Positions 1 through 10,157 are shown, numbered from the stretch's first letter. The stretch: DNA of 64,000 nucleotides from Bacillales bacterium UBA4045 (GCA_002383695.1 DFZX01000090.1:13139-77138); one strand, 5' to 3'. The notes: generated by a model not told the origin, from the letters alone. Translations and numbers: made by a program.

Positions 1-193
1 TGGATTGGGACTATGGACACCAATTTAAATTCACTTACAGTTATTACAATCATGTGAGAAGAGCACCTCATCTGGCGCATCTATCCATTGAAAACTTTCG
101 TCATATTATCAGTTATTAATATCCAATGGAGCTTAGACATGGTAGAGTTAATTGCAATGATATTTATAATATTTTCGTAGGAGTGTATCCATA

Positions 194-442
194 TTGATCA
201 TATATAAACTGCCTAAGGAGCATAAGGACGTATTAACCAAGCATGTTCAAGAATTCTTCCTTGATGAAAGATCAGAGGAAATCGGGATTATTGCTGCGGA
301 ATCTATCCTAGATTTCATGCTGAAGGAGCTCGGACCTGTTATCTACAATCAGGCTATATCGGATGCTAGGAAGCTAATGAAATTGAAGCTGGATGCTTTA
401 GAGGATGAGCTATATTCTCTGGAACAGCCTGTAGATTTATAA
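194..442 (+). CDS. small DUF2164-like protein (82 aa)
   Basis: Complete ORF with a TTG start about 10 nt after AGGAG. The pattern FFLDERSEEIGIIAAESILDFMLKELGPVIYNQAISDA is recalled as DUF2164-like; assignment from memory only. Confidence 0.55.
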   Translation: MIIYKLPKEHKDVLTKHVQEFFLDERSEEIGIIAAESILDFMLKELGPVIYNQAISDARKLMKLKLDALEDELYSLEQPVDL

Positions 443-479
443 GGTTGATAACATGAATATGAAGGGGGATAGGATATTC

Positions 480-905
480 ATGATCAGAGAAGCAGAGCAA
501 CGAGATAGAGAGCGTATTGAAGAGTTATACAAGATATTAATTCCAGATGATGATGAAATAAAGGTGCTTAATGAAAGAATCGATCAGATCAAGATAGATC
601 CCAATCACTTTTTACTTGTTTTTGAAATGGATAGAAGAGTAGAAGGTACGGTGATGTTAAGCCTCTGCCCGGACGCCATGTATGGAAATCGTCCATATGC
701 CATAATGGAGAATCTTATTGTGGATCCAGCTTTTCAAGGTAGGGGTGTAGGTATACAGCTATTCGAATATGCAGAAGCTCATTGCAAAGAGAATAATTGC
801 CGAGAAATCCTAATCATGAGTAATGTGATTAGAACAAGTGCGCATGAATTTTTCGAGCAAAGAGGCTTTTCTCATGTGGCTAAGGGCTTCAAGAAATACA
901 TATAA
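480..905 (+). CDS. GNAT family N-acetyltransferase (141 aa)
   Basis: ATG at 480 follows a GGGGGA Shine-Dalgarno. Acetyl-CoA binding motif LIVDPAFQGRGVGIQLFEYAE. The ORF-track start at 453 is judged an upstream extension. Confidence 0.8.
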   Translation: MIREAEQRDRERIEELYKILIPDDDEIKVLNERIDQIKIDPNHFLLVFEMDRRVEGTVMLSLCPDAMYGNRPYAIMENLIVDPAFQGRGVGIQLFEYAEAHCKENNCREILIMSNVIRTSAHEFFEQRGFSHVAKGFKKYI

Positions 906-927
906 ATCGGATTGTGCGGTGGTAGAG

Positions 928-1671
928 ATGTACAAGAATATCGAGGAATATTCACTGAATGCTTGGCCAGCCTTGCAGAGCTTCGTTTATGATGGCTGGC
1001 TCTTGAAATTCGCAGATGGATTTACGAAGAGAGCGAATTCGATCAGCCCTATGTATAAGGGAGAATCCAAGAGGATCAAGGATAAGATTCTGTATTGTGA
1101 ATCGATATATTCAAGTATGAATTTGGATACAATTTTTAAACTCTCACCATTTGTTACCCCGAGGAAATTAGATAGATTATTATCAGATTTACATTACGAA
1201 ATCGTAGAACCTTCCAGAGTTATGACACTAAATCTATCTCGAGTAGAAGCTCCTCATAATGTGAATGTAAGGTTCTACTCAGAAATCACTGACGAATGGT
1301 CTGATATTCTAGCTAATTTTAATAACCTGTCTGAACCTACGATTCATATAGCCAAACAAATACTATCCAAATCCTTTCTCAAGAAGGGTTTTTTCACACT
1401 ATTCGATGGTGGTATTCCTGTAGCTTGTGGAATTGGTGTTATTGAACAAAACTATGTTGGGCTTTATGATATAGTTACAGATCGTCCGTATCGCTTTAGA
1501 GGGTATGGTAAACAATTAATATTGAACATGCTGAAGTGGGCTAAGATGAATGGAGCAACAGATAGTTACTTACAGGTCGTGAAGAGTAATGAGATCGCAA
1601 ACCAACTATATGAAAAGCTTGGATACAAAGAAGCTTATACATATTGGTATAGATATAAGAAGCTTCAGTAG
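928..1671 (+). CDS. GNAT family acetyltransferase, two-lobed (247 aa)
   Basis: ATG at 928 avoids overlap with the previous gene. C-terminal motif VTDRPYRFRGYGKQLILNMLKWAK is typical of a GNAT core. Confidence 0.7.
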   Translation: MYKNIEEYSLNAWPALQSFVYDGWLLKFADGFTKRANSISPMYKGESKRIKDKILYCESIYSSMNLDTIFKLSPFVTPRKLDRLLSDLHYEIVEPSRVMTLNLSRVEAPHNVNVRFYSEITDEWSDILANFNNLSEPTIHIAKQILSKSFLKKGFFTLFDGGIPVACGIGVIEQNYVGLYDIVTDRPYRFRGYGKQLILNMLKWAKMNGATDSYLQVVKSNEIANQLYEKLGYKEAYTYWYRYKKLQ

Positions 1672-2089
1672 CTTATTGAAAGTGAATAGCCTTACGGCAT
1701 TTGATGAGGTTAGCTAATCGATGAGATGAAATTTTTATGGGTTGTCGAAAATAGTGCATATATGCAACTAAATCAAGTTGTAGGTGGGAATTCGTGAAAA
1801 TAATAACCATATACACTTATTCAAAGGAAAAACCTTGAAAAGGCTGTCCTAACCTAGAATTAATTGTAGTTTCGCAACTAATTCTTGTTCGGATGAGGAC
1901 TTCCCTTGATTTAATTGTTATTACGACACTAATTTCACTCTGGATTTGATTATGGAACTTAGATACCACCCAAGAAGAATAACTCCTGTGAAAATAGGGG
2001 GGAAGTAAGCTTGTTGGTTCAAGGAAGCCAATGTCCCATCTGCCCCAGCGAATCCCGTGAGACTATATGTATGAAAAGAGGCGATACAC

Positions 2090-2395
2090 TTGGGATTTCC
2101 AGTCGATGAGTACAAGATGAAGAGCCTTCTTTATAAATATGTGATTATCGGTCTTTCTTACGTCGATAAGAGCGATAATGTGATTGAGACCGTCCAGCTC
2201 CACGGGAGAGTGATGAGAATTAATTCAACCGAGGGTATCGTTGTTCAACGTGAGGACAAACAAGAGGAATATAAATTACCATTGGATTTTGATGCATTCC
2301 AACCAGCACAGTCTGGTGAATACAAATTGAATACAACAGGCGAGATCATCGTAGATCCCGACTTTACATCCTCTTGGTCCATTAAGAAATCATAG
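2090..2395 (+). CDS. hypothetical protein (101 aa)
   Basis: ORF with a TTG start 8 nt after AAGAGG. No motif recognised. Confidence 0.4.
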   Translation: MGFPVDEYKMKSLLYKYVIIGLSYVDKSDNVIETVQLHGRVMRINSTEGIVVQREDKQEEYKLPLDFDAFQPAQSGEYKLNTTGEIIVDPDFTSSWSIKKS

Positions 2396-2485
2396 AAAAT
2401 TTAATGGGGCTAAGGCTCCCAAAAAATACATAGACAGCTTGAAGAATAGCAATTGATCAAGCACTAGAGAAGAGGGAATAAGTTT

Positions 2486-2944
2486 ATGCATGAAATTACA
2501 TTAGAGATTGTAAAACCTACTCATTCAGATCTTGCACAATTAATTAGTAGGCTTGATATTTACCTGGAAGAGTTATACCCTCCAGAAGAGATATTCAAAG
2601 TGGATTTTAATGATCCAAAGGTTGAGAATATTATATTCGTTATGGCTTATTTGGGGAATATACCTGTTGGCTGTGGAGCAATCAGCCCACTAGATGAGAA
2701 GTACACCGAGCTTAAACGATTCTATGTTGATCCACACTATCGGAGACATGGCATTGCAGGGAAAATTCTCTACATGCTTGAGAATAAGGCAAGAGAATTC
2801 GCATATAGCGCGATTAAGCTCGAAACCGGCGATCGGCTAACTGAAGCCATTCATTTTTATAAGAAGCATGGATTTGTATCCATAGAAAAATATGGGGAAT
2901 ACGTCGATTGTGAATCTAGCGTCTGTTATGAGAAGACATTATGA
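2486..2944 (+). CDS. GNAT family N-acetyltransferase (152 aa)
   Basis: Motif FYVDPHYRRHGIAGKILYMLE. ATGA overlap with the downstream HAD gene. Confidence 0.8.
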   Translation: MHEITLEIVKPTHSDLAQLISRLDIYLEELYPPEEIFKVDFNDPKVENIIFVMAYLGNIPVGCGAISPLDEKYTELKRFYVDPHYRRHGIAGKILYMLENKAREFAYSAIKLETGDRLTEAIHFYKKHGFVSIEKYGEYVDCESSVCYEKTL

Positions 2945-3576
2945 TCAGAGGAATTATCTTTGATATGGATAATACATTGATTCAATCAAAAATTGATTTT
3001 AAACAAATGAAGTCAGATATCTTTGGTTTTCTACTTCAGAGCAACCTATTGTCCAGTGATTTCCCCATACATGAGCATACTACCTCGACATTAATTGAGT
3101 ATGTTCGTACATTAGGAATATCCGATGCCCTCCATGAATCGATGATGGCAAGAACAGCTCAGCATGAATTATTAGGTATGAAAGATGCTGGACTAGAGCC
3201 TGGGGTTAAAGAGATTCTTACATTCTTATATGAGAAATACACGCTTGTCGTGATTACGAATAATTCATTAACCGCAGCATTAGAAGCACTTGAGAACACG
3301 GAAATCACAAGATTCTTCGAGCTAATTGTCGGCAGAGAACAGATGACAGCATTAAAGCCATCACCCTCAGGCTTTCACTATGTGATGAATAGATTCGCAT
3401 CCATTAAACCTAATGAATGGCTATCGATAGGAGACTCCTGGATCGATGGTAAGACCGCTGAAGAAGCGGGAATCCCATTTATCAGCTATCGAGCAGATAT
3501 AGATAAGATGCACCAAAGAGGGATACAGCCAACCTTGCGAATGAATCATATGATGGAATTACTTGAATTTTTATGA
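2941..3576 (+). CDS. HAD-superfamily hydrolase (211 aa)
   Basis: HAD motif I FDMDNTL, motif II VITNN, motif IV GDSWIDG. Confidence 0.8.
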   Translation: MIRGIIFDMDNTLIQSKIDFKQMKSDIFGFLLQSNLLSSDFPIHEHTTSTLIEYVRTLGISDALHESMMARTAQHELLGMKDAGLEPGVKEILTFLYEKYTLVVITNNSLTAALEALENTEITRFFELIVGREQMTALKPSPSGFHYVMNRFASIKPNEWLSIGDSWIDGKTAEEAGIPFISYRADIDKMHQRGIQPTLRMNHMMELLEFL

Positions 3577-3624
3577 ACTGATCTTTGAGTTTTCTGCGGA
3601 TGTTAAAGAGGGAGTTGTATAGAG

Positions 3625-4089
3625 ATGATCATAGTTGAAACGGAAATTAAAATTGCAGCGCCGATAGAAACGTGTTTCCGATTAGCAAGGGACATTGATA
3701 CACATACATTAACCGTATGGTCGCACACAAGAGAGAAAGCGATAGAAGGTGTTACATCAGGACCGATAGGATTTGGACAAACTGTCACTTTCGAAGCGAC
3801 TCATTTCGGTGTCAGACAAACATTAACTTCCTTAATTACGGAATTTCAGCAGCCTCATTTGTTCGTAGACGAAATGCAGAAGGGTGCATTTAAGAGCTTG
3901 CGGCATATACATGAATTCAAAGAGCAGGAAGGTTTTACAGTGATGAAGGATACGCTTCATTTCGAAGCTCCGTTCGGTTTAATTGGGTGGATCGTTGAAA
4001 GATTAGTATTGAAAAATTATATGAGGAAATTCTTAGAACACAGGAATATTGAAATGAAGAAGCTTGCAGAGAGTGCAACATGTGTTTAA
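3625..4089 (+). CDS. SRPBCC (polyketide cyclase/START-like) family protein
   Basis: 154-aa ORF with the N-terminal pattern IKIAAPIETCFRLARDID typical of SRPBCC proteins; from memory. Confidence 0.6.
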   Translation: MIIVETEIKIAAPIETCFRLARDIDTHTLTVWSHTREKAIEGVTSGPIGFGQTVTFEATHFGVRQTLTSLITEFQQPHLFVDEMQKGAFKSLRHIHEFKEQEGFTVMKDTLHFEAPFGLIGWIVERLVLKNYMRKFLEHRNIEMKKLAESATCV

Positions 4090-4272
4090 TACCCTGTATG
4101 CTATGTGGACCGTAGATTCGTTATTTCGGTTTTTTTCACCGAATATCCTTTGTCCGCTCAGGTGCTAATAATCCATAAAACCGTTTGATTTCCCCTGAAG
4201 TTTGTACCTTTTTAGTCAACTGAGTAATGTGCATTCCATTTTAATAATAGAAACTTATTGGAGGTCTGAGTT

Positions 4273-5016
4273 ATGACAGTAGGATCACAGAAGGATATCG
4301 ATAAATTAGCGAAAATCGGAAAAATTGTAGCAACAACCATTCAGGAAATGAAAGACAGTACTGTTGCAGGTATGACTACGAAACAATTAGATGAGATAGG
4401 TGGCAGCATCCTTAAACGATATGGCGCAGTTTCCGCACCCAAGGAAATTAACTTCCCTGGATATACCTGTATCAGTATAAATCGTGTTGTCGCTCATGGA
4501 ATTCCCGGAGATTACGTGATTAAACCAGGTGATTTAATCAATATTGATGTGTCCGCCCAGTTAGATGGGTACTATGCGGATTCTGGATATTCATTTCAAC
4601 TAACACCTCAAGATACCAAGATCACACAGTTATGTAGTTACACCTATCAGACGATGATGAAGGTCATTTCCAGCCTAAAGGCGGGTATTAGAATTAATCA
4701 AATTGGTCGCATCATAGAATCAGAAGCCAAGAAGGGCGGATACAACATTATCAGTAATCTCTGCAGTCATGGAATTGGTGAGGCGCTACACGAAGAACCA
4801 TTCGAGATATTACCCTATTATAATGCAAAGGATAAATCTGTATTGAAGAACGGGCAAGTCATTACGATTGAACCATTCTTGTCTACAGGAGCAGATTTTG
4901 TAGTGCAGCAAGCTGATGGATGGACCTTACAGGTCCCGGATCTAAGCCATGTCGCTCAATTCGAGCATACCTTGATCATCACGAGAGATAATCCGATCAT
5001 TGTAACAGCTTTATAA
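4273..5016 (+). CDS. map: type I methionine aminopeptidase
   Basis: 247 aa with AHGIP, INIDVSA..DGYYADS, HGIG..LHEEP and ITIEPF metal-ligand motifs of M24A. Confidence 0.88.
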   Translation: MTVGSQKDIDKLAKIGKIVATTIQEMKDSTVAGMTTKQLDEIGGSILKRYGAVSAPKEINFPGYTCISINRVVAHGIPGDYVIKPGDLINIDVSAQLDGYYADSGYSFQLTPQDTKITQLCSYTYQTMMKVISSLKAGIRINQIGRIIESEAKKGGYNIISNLCSHGIGEALHEEPFEILPYYNAKDKSVLKNGQVITIEPFLSTGADFVVQQADGWTLQVPDLSHVAQFEHTLIITRDNPIIVTAL

Positions 5017-5055
5017 CAACTTTGTAGGACTTAATAAGGGGGCGAAGCGTTGAGA

Positions 5056-5210
5056 ATGCTAGTAATAAGTGATATTCATGGCTGTTATGAGCAATTCAAA
5101 GCGCTATTGCGTTGTGTTCGGATATACGAATACGAAGGAAATCCATGGGTCAGCTGACATTTGTTTTGGTGGGGACAAGATAGGCATCGATGGCAGCTGT
5201 GCCGATTAAG
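5056..5210 (+). pseudogene. decayed metallophosphoesterase (PrpE/ApaH-like) remnant
   Basis: MLVISDIHGCYEQFKALL (phosphoesterase motif I) runs only 33 codons to a stop at 5155-5157. A different frame then reads LVGDKIGIDGSCAD*, resembling the C-terminal IDxG motif. The middle of the gene is missing. Confidence 0.5.
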
Positions 5211-5333
5211 AGAGTAGTAGACAAGCCCAATTTCATTATGATAGCCTTTATAAGCGGTTTCCATTACGATAGCAATCGTGGTACATTTTAATTATCCGCT
5301 TGTATGAGAATTAGAAAGGACGATCCTGTTAGT

Positions 5334-5963
5334 ATGAACAAATTTTTGTTATTCGACTTTGATGGAACGGTAGCTAACTCGATCGAAACCTTCTTGAGGT
5401 TAGGCAATGAGATGGCTACCAAGCATAATAAGCCCTCTATTACAATGGAACAATTTCAACTATTGAGTCAATTGTCTATGAAGGAAAGATGTCGACAAAT
5501 AGGGATTCCCTTGTATAAGATTCCTGAATTTACAATAGAAATTCTTAAGCAGTTTCGACTTCATCTGATGAATGTACCACCTGTTGACCATATGTTCAGT
5601 ACGCTTACGAAGCTACATCAGGATGGTTACAGAATGGCGATCCTATCTTCCAATTCGGAGGTCAATATACGGGCATGGTTAGAGGTGCAGAAGTTCACTT
5701 TCTTTGATGAGGTGATCGCATCACCTGGGTTGTTCGGTAAATCACGTTCGATTACTAGCTTCATGAAGAGGAATAAGCTTCGACATGAGGATGTTGTATA
5801 TATTGGTGATGAAGTTCGGGATATAGAGGCCTGCAAAAAATCGAGAATCCCTATTATTGCGGTAACGTGGGGATTGGATGCGCATGCTTATCTGCTCCAA
5901 GCAAATCCAGAATACATTGCACATCAGCCTTCAGATATTATACATATCCTTAACAATCAGTAG
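5334..5963 (+). CDS. HAD-superfamily phosphatase (phosphoglycolate/sugar-phosphatase-like)
   Basis: Starts MNKFLLFDFDGTV (DxDxT), with SSNS and GDEVRD motifs. Only 14 nt separate it from the PTS gene. Confidence 0.78.
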   Translation: MNKFLLFDFDGTVANSIETFLRLGNEMATKHNKPSITMEQFQLLSQLSMKERCRQIGIPLYKIPEFTIEILKQFRLHLMNVPPVDHMFSTLTKLHQDGYRMAILSSNSEVNIRAWLEVQKFTFFDEVIASPGLFGKSRSITSFMKRNKLRHEDVVYIGDEVRDIEACKKSRIPIIAVTWGLDAHAYLLQANPEYIAHQPSDIIHILNNQ

Positions 5964-5977
5964 GTATAAAGGGGTGA

Positions 5978-7888
5978 ATGGACTTGAATTGGATGGGCAA
6001 CTTGCAGCACTTTGGACGAGCTTTAATGCTTCCTATGATAGCTCTCCCGGCTGCATCCATATTCCTAGGCTTGGCCAACCTTCCGTGGGAAGCTCTTGGT
6101 TTTGCAGGATTTGATGAAGTTTTGCAATTGAGTGGGAATACCATATTCACTTATTTGCCGATCATTTTTGCCATTGGTGTAGCTCTAGGTTTAACAGAGA
6201 ATGCCGGTATGGCGGGAATGTCGTCTTTGCTAGCCTATTTTCTATGTACACAGGTTACTCAAAATTACTTAGGTGATGACTTCAAGATCAATATTACCGG
6301 TGGTATCTTGATTGGAATAGCATCTGCTTGGTCATACCATCGATTTAAAGCGATAGAATTCCCTGAATATATCCAATTCTTCGGAGGTTCTAGGTTCGTT
6401 CCTCTGTTCATGAGCTTTGCCTCACTATTGTTCTCTTACCTGTTCATACATATAGGTCCTTGGTTAAGTCGTAGCTTGACGACACTCTCGACGTTGTTAC
6501 TTGATATGGGCGGGTTTGGAGTTTTCCTGTATGGCATGATTCATCGACTGCTCGTACCCTCAGGGCTTCATCACATTCTTAATAATGTATTCTGGTTTCA
6601 AGTTGGAGAATTCGAGCGGGCAGACGGCATTATTGTTCATGGTGATCTACCACGATTCTTCGCGGGAGATCCAACTGCGGGTATCTACATGGCAGGCTTA
6701 TTCCCGACTATGATGTTTGCACTACCAGCAATTGCCATGGCCATCATTCATGAAGCTCGCGAAGATCTACATCCGAAGGTGAAGATTACGTTCGTAACAG
6801 CTGCTATGGCTTGTTTCTTCACGGGCGTAACTGAGCCTATCGAATTTGCTTTCTTATTCGTTGCACCTGTATTATTCATCATTCATGCCGCGCTATCAGG
6901 TTTATCGATGCTCATTGTTTACTTGCTTGATATTCATCATGGATTTTCATTCTCTGCGGGAGCTATCGACTTTTTGATTAATTTGCACTTGTCCCATAAT
7001 GGGCTGCTCATCATCCCGATTGGTCTTGTATATGGATTCGTCTACTATGTGGTATTCCGATGGGCTATTCGTAGATTTGATTTGGCTACACCTGGAAGAG
7101 AGGACGGCTCACCTCTGGATGAAGGGGCAGGAGATATTCCTTATCGCTCGCCGCTTATCCTCGAAGCAATAGGAGGTAAGCATAACGTAGTTAAGATGGA
7201 AGCCTGTATAACACGTCTTAGATTGGATCTTCGTAATGATAAGAAGATGGATACGACAGCTCTTAAGCATCTTGGAGCGGTAGGAGTTATTCGACTTGGC
7301 GGTGGACACGTACAAGTTGTATTCGGAACCTTATCTGAGTTGATTCGCGAAGAGATGATGAAGCTCATTCGTAAGGATTTACACACCGTTCTCTTCCATG
7401 CACCTATGCAGGGACTCATGATACCTCTTAAAGATGTACCCGATCCCATCTTTGCTGGAAGAATGGTGGGAGATGGGGTTGCGTTCCTTCCAGATCGTGG
7501 GGAGGTTGTATCCCCAGTATCGGGTGTTGTTGTTCATATTTATCCAACAAAGCATGCGATCGGTTTACGAACTAAGGAAGGTGTGGAAATTCTGCTGCAT
7601 GTCGGAATTGATACGATACATCTCCAAGGTAAGTGGTTCGAGTGTCTGGTAAATGAAGGAGAGCAAGTCGAACCAGGACAGTTACTTCTTCGCTTCAATC
7701 TAAAAAAGGTCAAGCAGAACAGTAAATCACTTGCAACTCCAATGGTAATTACAAATTCAGATATTGTGAAGTCATGGAGCTTCGCACCGTTCAAGGCTGT
7801 GAGGCTCGGCCAGGCATCTGTGATGTCAGTCGTCTTGAAGGAGAAGGATAAAGAGAAGGGGAAGGTGAGGGTGAAGTCAAATGAATAG
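5978..7888 (+). CDS. PTS glucose-family transporter, fused EIICBA
   Basis: EIIC motif GVTEPIEFAFLF, EIIB Cys motif EACITRLRL, EIIA-Glc His motifs PTKHAIGL and LLHVGIDTIHL. 636 aa. Sugar specificity cannot be read from the sequence. Confidence 0.9.
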   Translation: MDLNWMGNLQHFGRALMLPMIALPAASIFLGLANLPWEALGFAGFDEVLQLSGNTIFTYLPIIFAIGVALGLTENAGMAGMSSLLAYFLCTQVTQNYLGDDFKINITGGILIGIASAWSYHRFKAIEFPEYIQFFGGSRFVPLFMSFASLLFSYLFIHIGPWLSRSLTTLSTLLLDMGGFGVFLYGMIHRLLVPSGLHHILNNVFWFQVGEFERADGIIVHGDLPRFFAGDPTAGIYMAGLFPTMMFALPAIAMAIIHEAREDLHPKVKITFVTAAMACFFTGVTEPIEFAFLFVAPVLFIIHAALSGLSMLIVYLLDIHHGFSFSAGAIDFLINLHLSHNGLLIIPIGLVYGFVYYVVFRWAIRRFDLATPGREDGSPLDEGAGDIPYRSPLILEAIGGKHNVVKMEACITRLRLDLRNDKKMDTTALKHLGAVGVIRLGGGHVQVVFGTLSELIREEMMKLIRKDLHTVLFHAPMQGLMIPLKDVPDPIFAGRMVGDGVAFLPDRGEVVSPVSGVVVHIYPTKHAIGLRTKEGVEILLHVGIDTIHLQGKWFECLVNEGEQVEPGQLLLRFNLKKVKQNSKSLATPMVITNSDIVKSWSFAPFKAVRLGQASVMSVVLKEKDKEKGKVRVKSNE

Positions 7889-9611
7889 ACAACTAAGCGT
7901 AAAAGGCATAGGTGCTTCACCGGGAATCGCTATTGGAAATTCCTTCGTTCTTCCTAGCTGGGAATGGGATGTGCCAGACAAAGATATTGATGTAACACAG
8001 CTTGCTAGCGAATTCGAGCGACTATATCAGGGCATCAACCGATCTAAAAACGAAATTGAAGACATGAAGCGGGATATGACCATTGTTGTAGGTGAAGAGA
8101 CTTCAGCTATCTTCGATGCACATTTGGCAATTCTGGATGATCCTGAGTTTATGAAGGAAGTTCAGGGTATCATTAAACGACAGTATAAAGCTGCGGAGGT
8201 GGCAGTGAAAGAGGTCATCGATCATTTCACATCGATGTTCGATTTAATTGAAGACGAATATATGAAGGAAAGACGTACGGATATTAAAGATGTGGGCAAT
8301 CGATTACTTCAGCATTTATTAGGAGCACCAGATGTCACATTACCTCAGGATAATCAGCCATTCATTCTTGTAGCTAAAGAGCTATCGCCTTCACAGCTGG
8401 CCCATCTTAATCCCGATCTTGTGCTTGGAATAGTAACGCTGGTAGGAGGAAAAAACTCCCATGCCGCGATCATGGCTAGATCCATGGGAATTCCATTCGT
8501 TATTAGTCTAGAGGATAACCTAGTAGCTCCAATCCTCACAGGACATAAGCTTATTGTTGATGGTGATCAAGGTATGGTCTATATTGATCCATCCGCTTCT
8601 ATCCAAGGTGAATATCGGGAGAGACAGCATCAAATTCGTGTAAATCGGTTGAAGCTACTTGAGCAAGCTCAGTCTCCGTCGATTACGAAGGACGGAATCA
8701 CAGTGAAATTGAATGCCAATATTAATTCCGAGAAGGAATTAGAGCTGGCTTTAAAGAATGGTGCCGAGGGTGTTGGATTGTTCCGCACTGAGTTTCTATA
8801 TATGGATCGTACTTCCTTTCCTGATGAAGATTATCAATTTACGGTATATCGTAATGTTGCAGAGATGATGGGTGAACGACCTATCGTCATTCGTACGCTA
8901 GATATCGGTGGTGATAAGCATCTGGACTACTATCCTTTTCCTGAAGAAGACAATCCGTTCTTGGGTTATCGGGCAATTCGCTTCTCCTTAGATCGTCATG
9001 ATATATTCAGAACACAGCTCAAGGCTATTCTACGAGCAAGTCAATATGGTAATATTAAAATTATGTATCCGATGATTTCATCCTTGGAAGAGCTGCATGA
9101 AGCTAATTTCTTACTGCAAGAGGCTAAGTATGAGCTACTCAGAGAGGGGATTCCCTTTAGAGATGATACGCAAGTTGGCATTATGATTGAAGTGCCAGCG
9201 GCAGTTATGATTGCGGATTGGCTTGCACAAGAGGTTGACTTTTTTAGCATCGGTACGAATGATCTTATTCAGTATGTGCTTGCGGTCGATCGAATGAATG
9301 ATCATATTGCGTACCTGTATGATCCTTTTCACCCCGCGATTATTCGTATGCTTCAATTGACGATACAGGCGGCAGAACGCAATGGTATCGCGGTTAGTGT
9401 GTGTGGTGAAATTGCTGGAGATCCTGAAGCCTTGTCTTTACTGCTTGGTCTAGGTGTTCGAGACTTTAGTATGTCTGCACATGCTGTACTGGATGTTAAG
9501 AATCGTTTACTCACTTTAAATGTGGCCCAATGCTCTACCTTACTAAAGGATATATTAATGTGCAGGACTGGTGAAGAAATTCGTTTACTTATGGATAAAA
9601 GTGTTAATTAA
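7881..9611 (+). CDS. ptsI: phosphoenolpyruvate-protein phosphotransferase (PTS enzyme I)
   Basis: 576 aa with the active-site His context GGKNSHAAIMARSMGIP, plus FFSIGTNDLIQY and VSVCGEIAGDP. Its start overlaps the EIICBA stop by 8 nt. Confidence 0.92.
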   Translation: MNRQLSVKGIGASPGIAIGNSFVLPSWEWDVPDKDIDVTQLASEFERLYQGINRSKNEIEDMKRDMTIVVGEETSAIFDAHLAILDDPEFMKEVQGIIKRQYKAAEVAVKEVIDHFTSMFDLIEDEYMKERRTDIKDVGNRLLQHLLGAPDVTLPQDNQPFILVAKELSPSQLAHLNPDLVLGIVTLVGGKNSHAAIMARSMGIPFVISLEDNLVAPILTGHKLIVDGDQGMVYIDPSASIQGEYRERQHQIRVNRLKLLEQAQSPSITKDGITVKLNANINSEKELELALKNGAEGVGLFRTEFLYMDRTSFPDEDYQFTVYRNVAEMMGERPIVIRTLDIGGDKHLDYYPFPEEDNPFLGYRAIRFSLDRHDIFRTQLKAILRASQYGNIKIMYPMISSLEELHEANFLLQEAKYELLREGIPFRDDTQVGIMIEVPAAVMIADWLAQEVDFFSIGTNDLIQYVLAVDRMNDHIAYLYDPFHPAIIRMLQLTIQAAERNGIAVSVCGEIAGDPEALSLLLGLGVRDFSMSAHAVLDVKNRLLTLNVAQCSTLLKDILMCRTGEEIRLLMDKSVN

Positions 9612-9629
9612 TTACATTGGAGGTTTACT

Positions 9630-10157
9630 ATGAATTTACATGGCAAACAAATTTTAGCTTTTACTGATGATGATTTTGAAGATTTGGAAATGTGGTATCC
9701 CATTCTTCGCCTTAGAGAAGCTGGCGCCAAGGTTGTTATTGCAGCCCTGAAGGCTGATACGACTTATATAGGCAAATATGGCGTACCTCTAGTGTCAGAT
9801 GTTTCTTTCAACGATGTGAATGCAGACGATTATGCTGGCCTATACGTCCCTGGGGGGTGGGCTCCAGATAAATTAAGAAGATATGAATCTGTATTACAAT
9901 TAACTAGACGTTTCCACGAAACGAGGAAGCCAATCGCCCATATCTGTCACGCAGGCTGGGTGCTGGCTTCAGCCAAAATATGCGAAGGTTACACGATGAC
10001 CTCGACTCCTGGAATCAAGGATGACCTTATTCATGCAGGTGCTACTTGGGTTGATGAAGAGGTAGTTGTTGATCGGAATATCGTCTCAGGGAGACGTCCT
10101 CCTGATCTCCCAGCTTTTACACATGCATTTGTAAAGCTATTGGCTGAACAAGCTTGA
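9630..10157 (+). CDS. DJ-1/PfpI family protein (type 1 glutamine amidotransferase-like)
   Basis: 175 aa, nucleophile elbow AHICHAGW, PGGWAPD motif. Confidence 0.85.
   Translation: MNLHGKQILAFTDDDFEDLEMWYPILRLREAGAKVVIAALKADTTYIGKYGVPLVSDVSFNDVNADDYAGLYVPGGWAPDKLRRYESVLQLTRRFHETRKPIAHICHAGWVLASAKICEGYTMTSTPGIKDDLIHAGATWVDEEVVVDRNIVSGRRPPDLPAFTHAFVKLLAEQA

Noticed and set aside
1-57. Possible 3' end of an upstream gene (frame 1, ...WIGTMDTNLNSLTVITIM*)
   Set aside because: Only 18 codons are visible and no motif is present, so it cannot be supported as a feature.
194-905. DUF2164 gene plus GNAT gene as a GNAT-type toxin-antitoxin pair
   Set aside because: The order (small gene upstream of a GNAT) is suggestive. 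However, the genes are separated by 37 nt once the GNAT start is corrected to 480. The upstream protein shows no RHH/DUF1778-like features I can recognise. The GNAT looks like one of several ordinary acetyltransferases clustered here.
5085-5264. 59-aa Cys-rich minus-strand ORF (METAYKGYHNEIGLVYYSLNRHSCHRCLSCPHQNKC...)
   Set aside because: It lies antisense to the decayed phosphoesterase remnant, has no convincing ribosome-binding site, and is most simply a chance ORF in degraded sequence.
7540-7920. Antisense or alternative-frame ORFs inside well-supported genes (for example 7540-7920, 7141-7449, 28035-28726, 33597-33893, 43892-44206, 54923-55231, 62455-62712)
   Set aside because: These are shadow ORFs overlapping strongly supported coding regions. 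They have no ribosome-binding sites or recognisable motifs, and their composition mirrors the opposite-strand gene.
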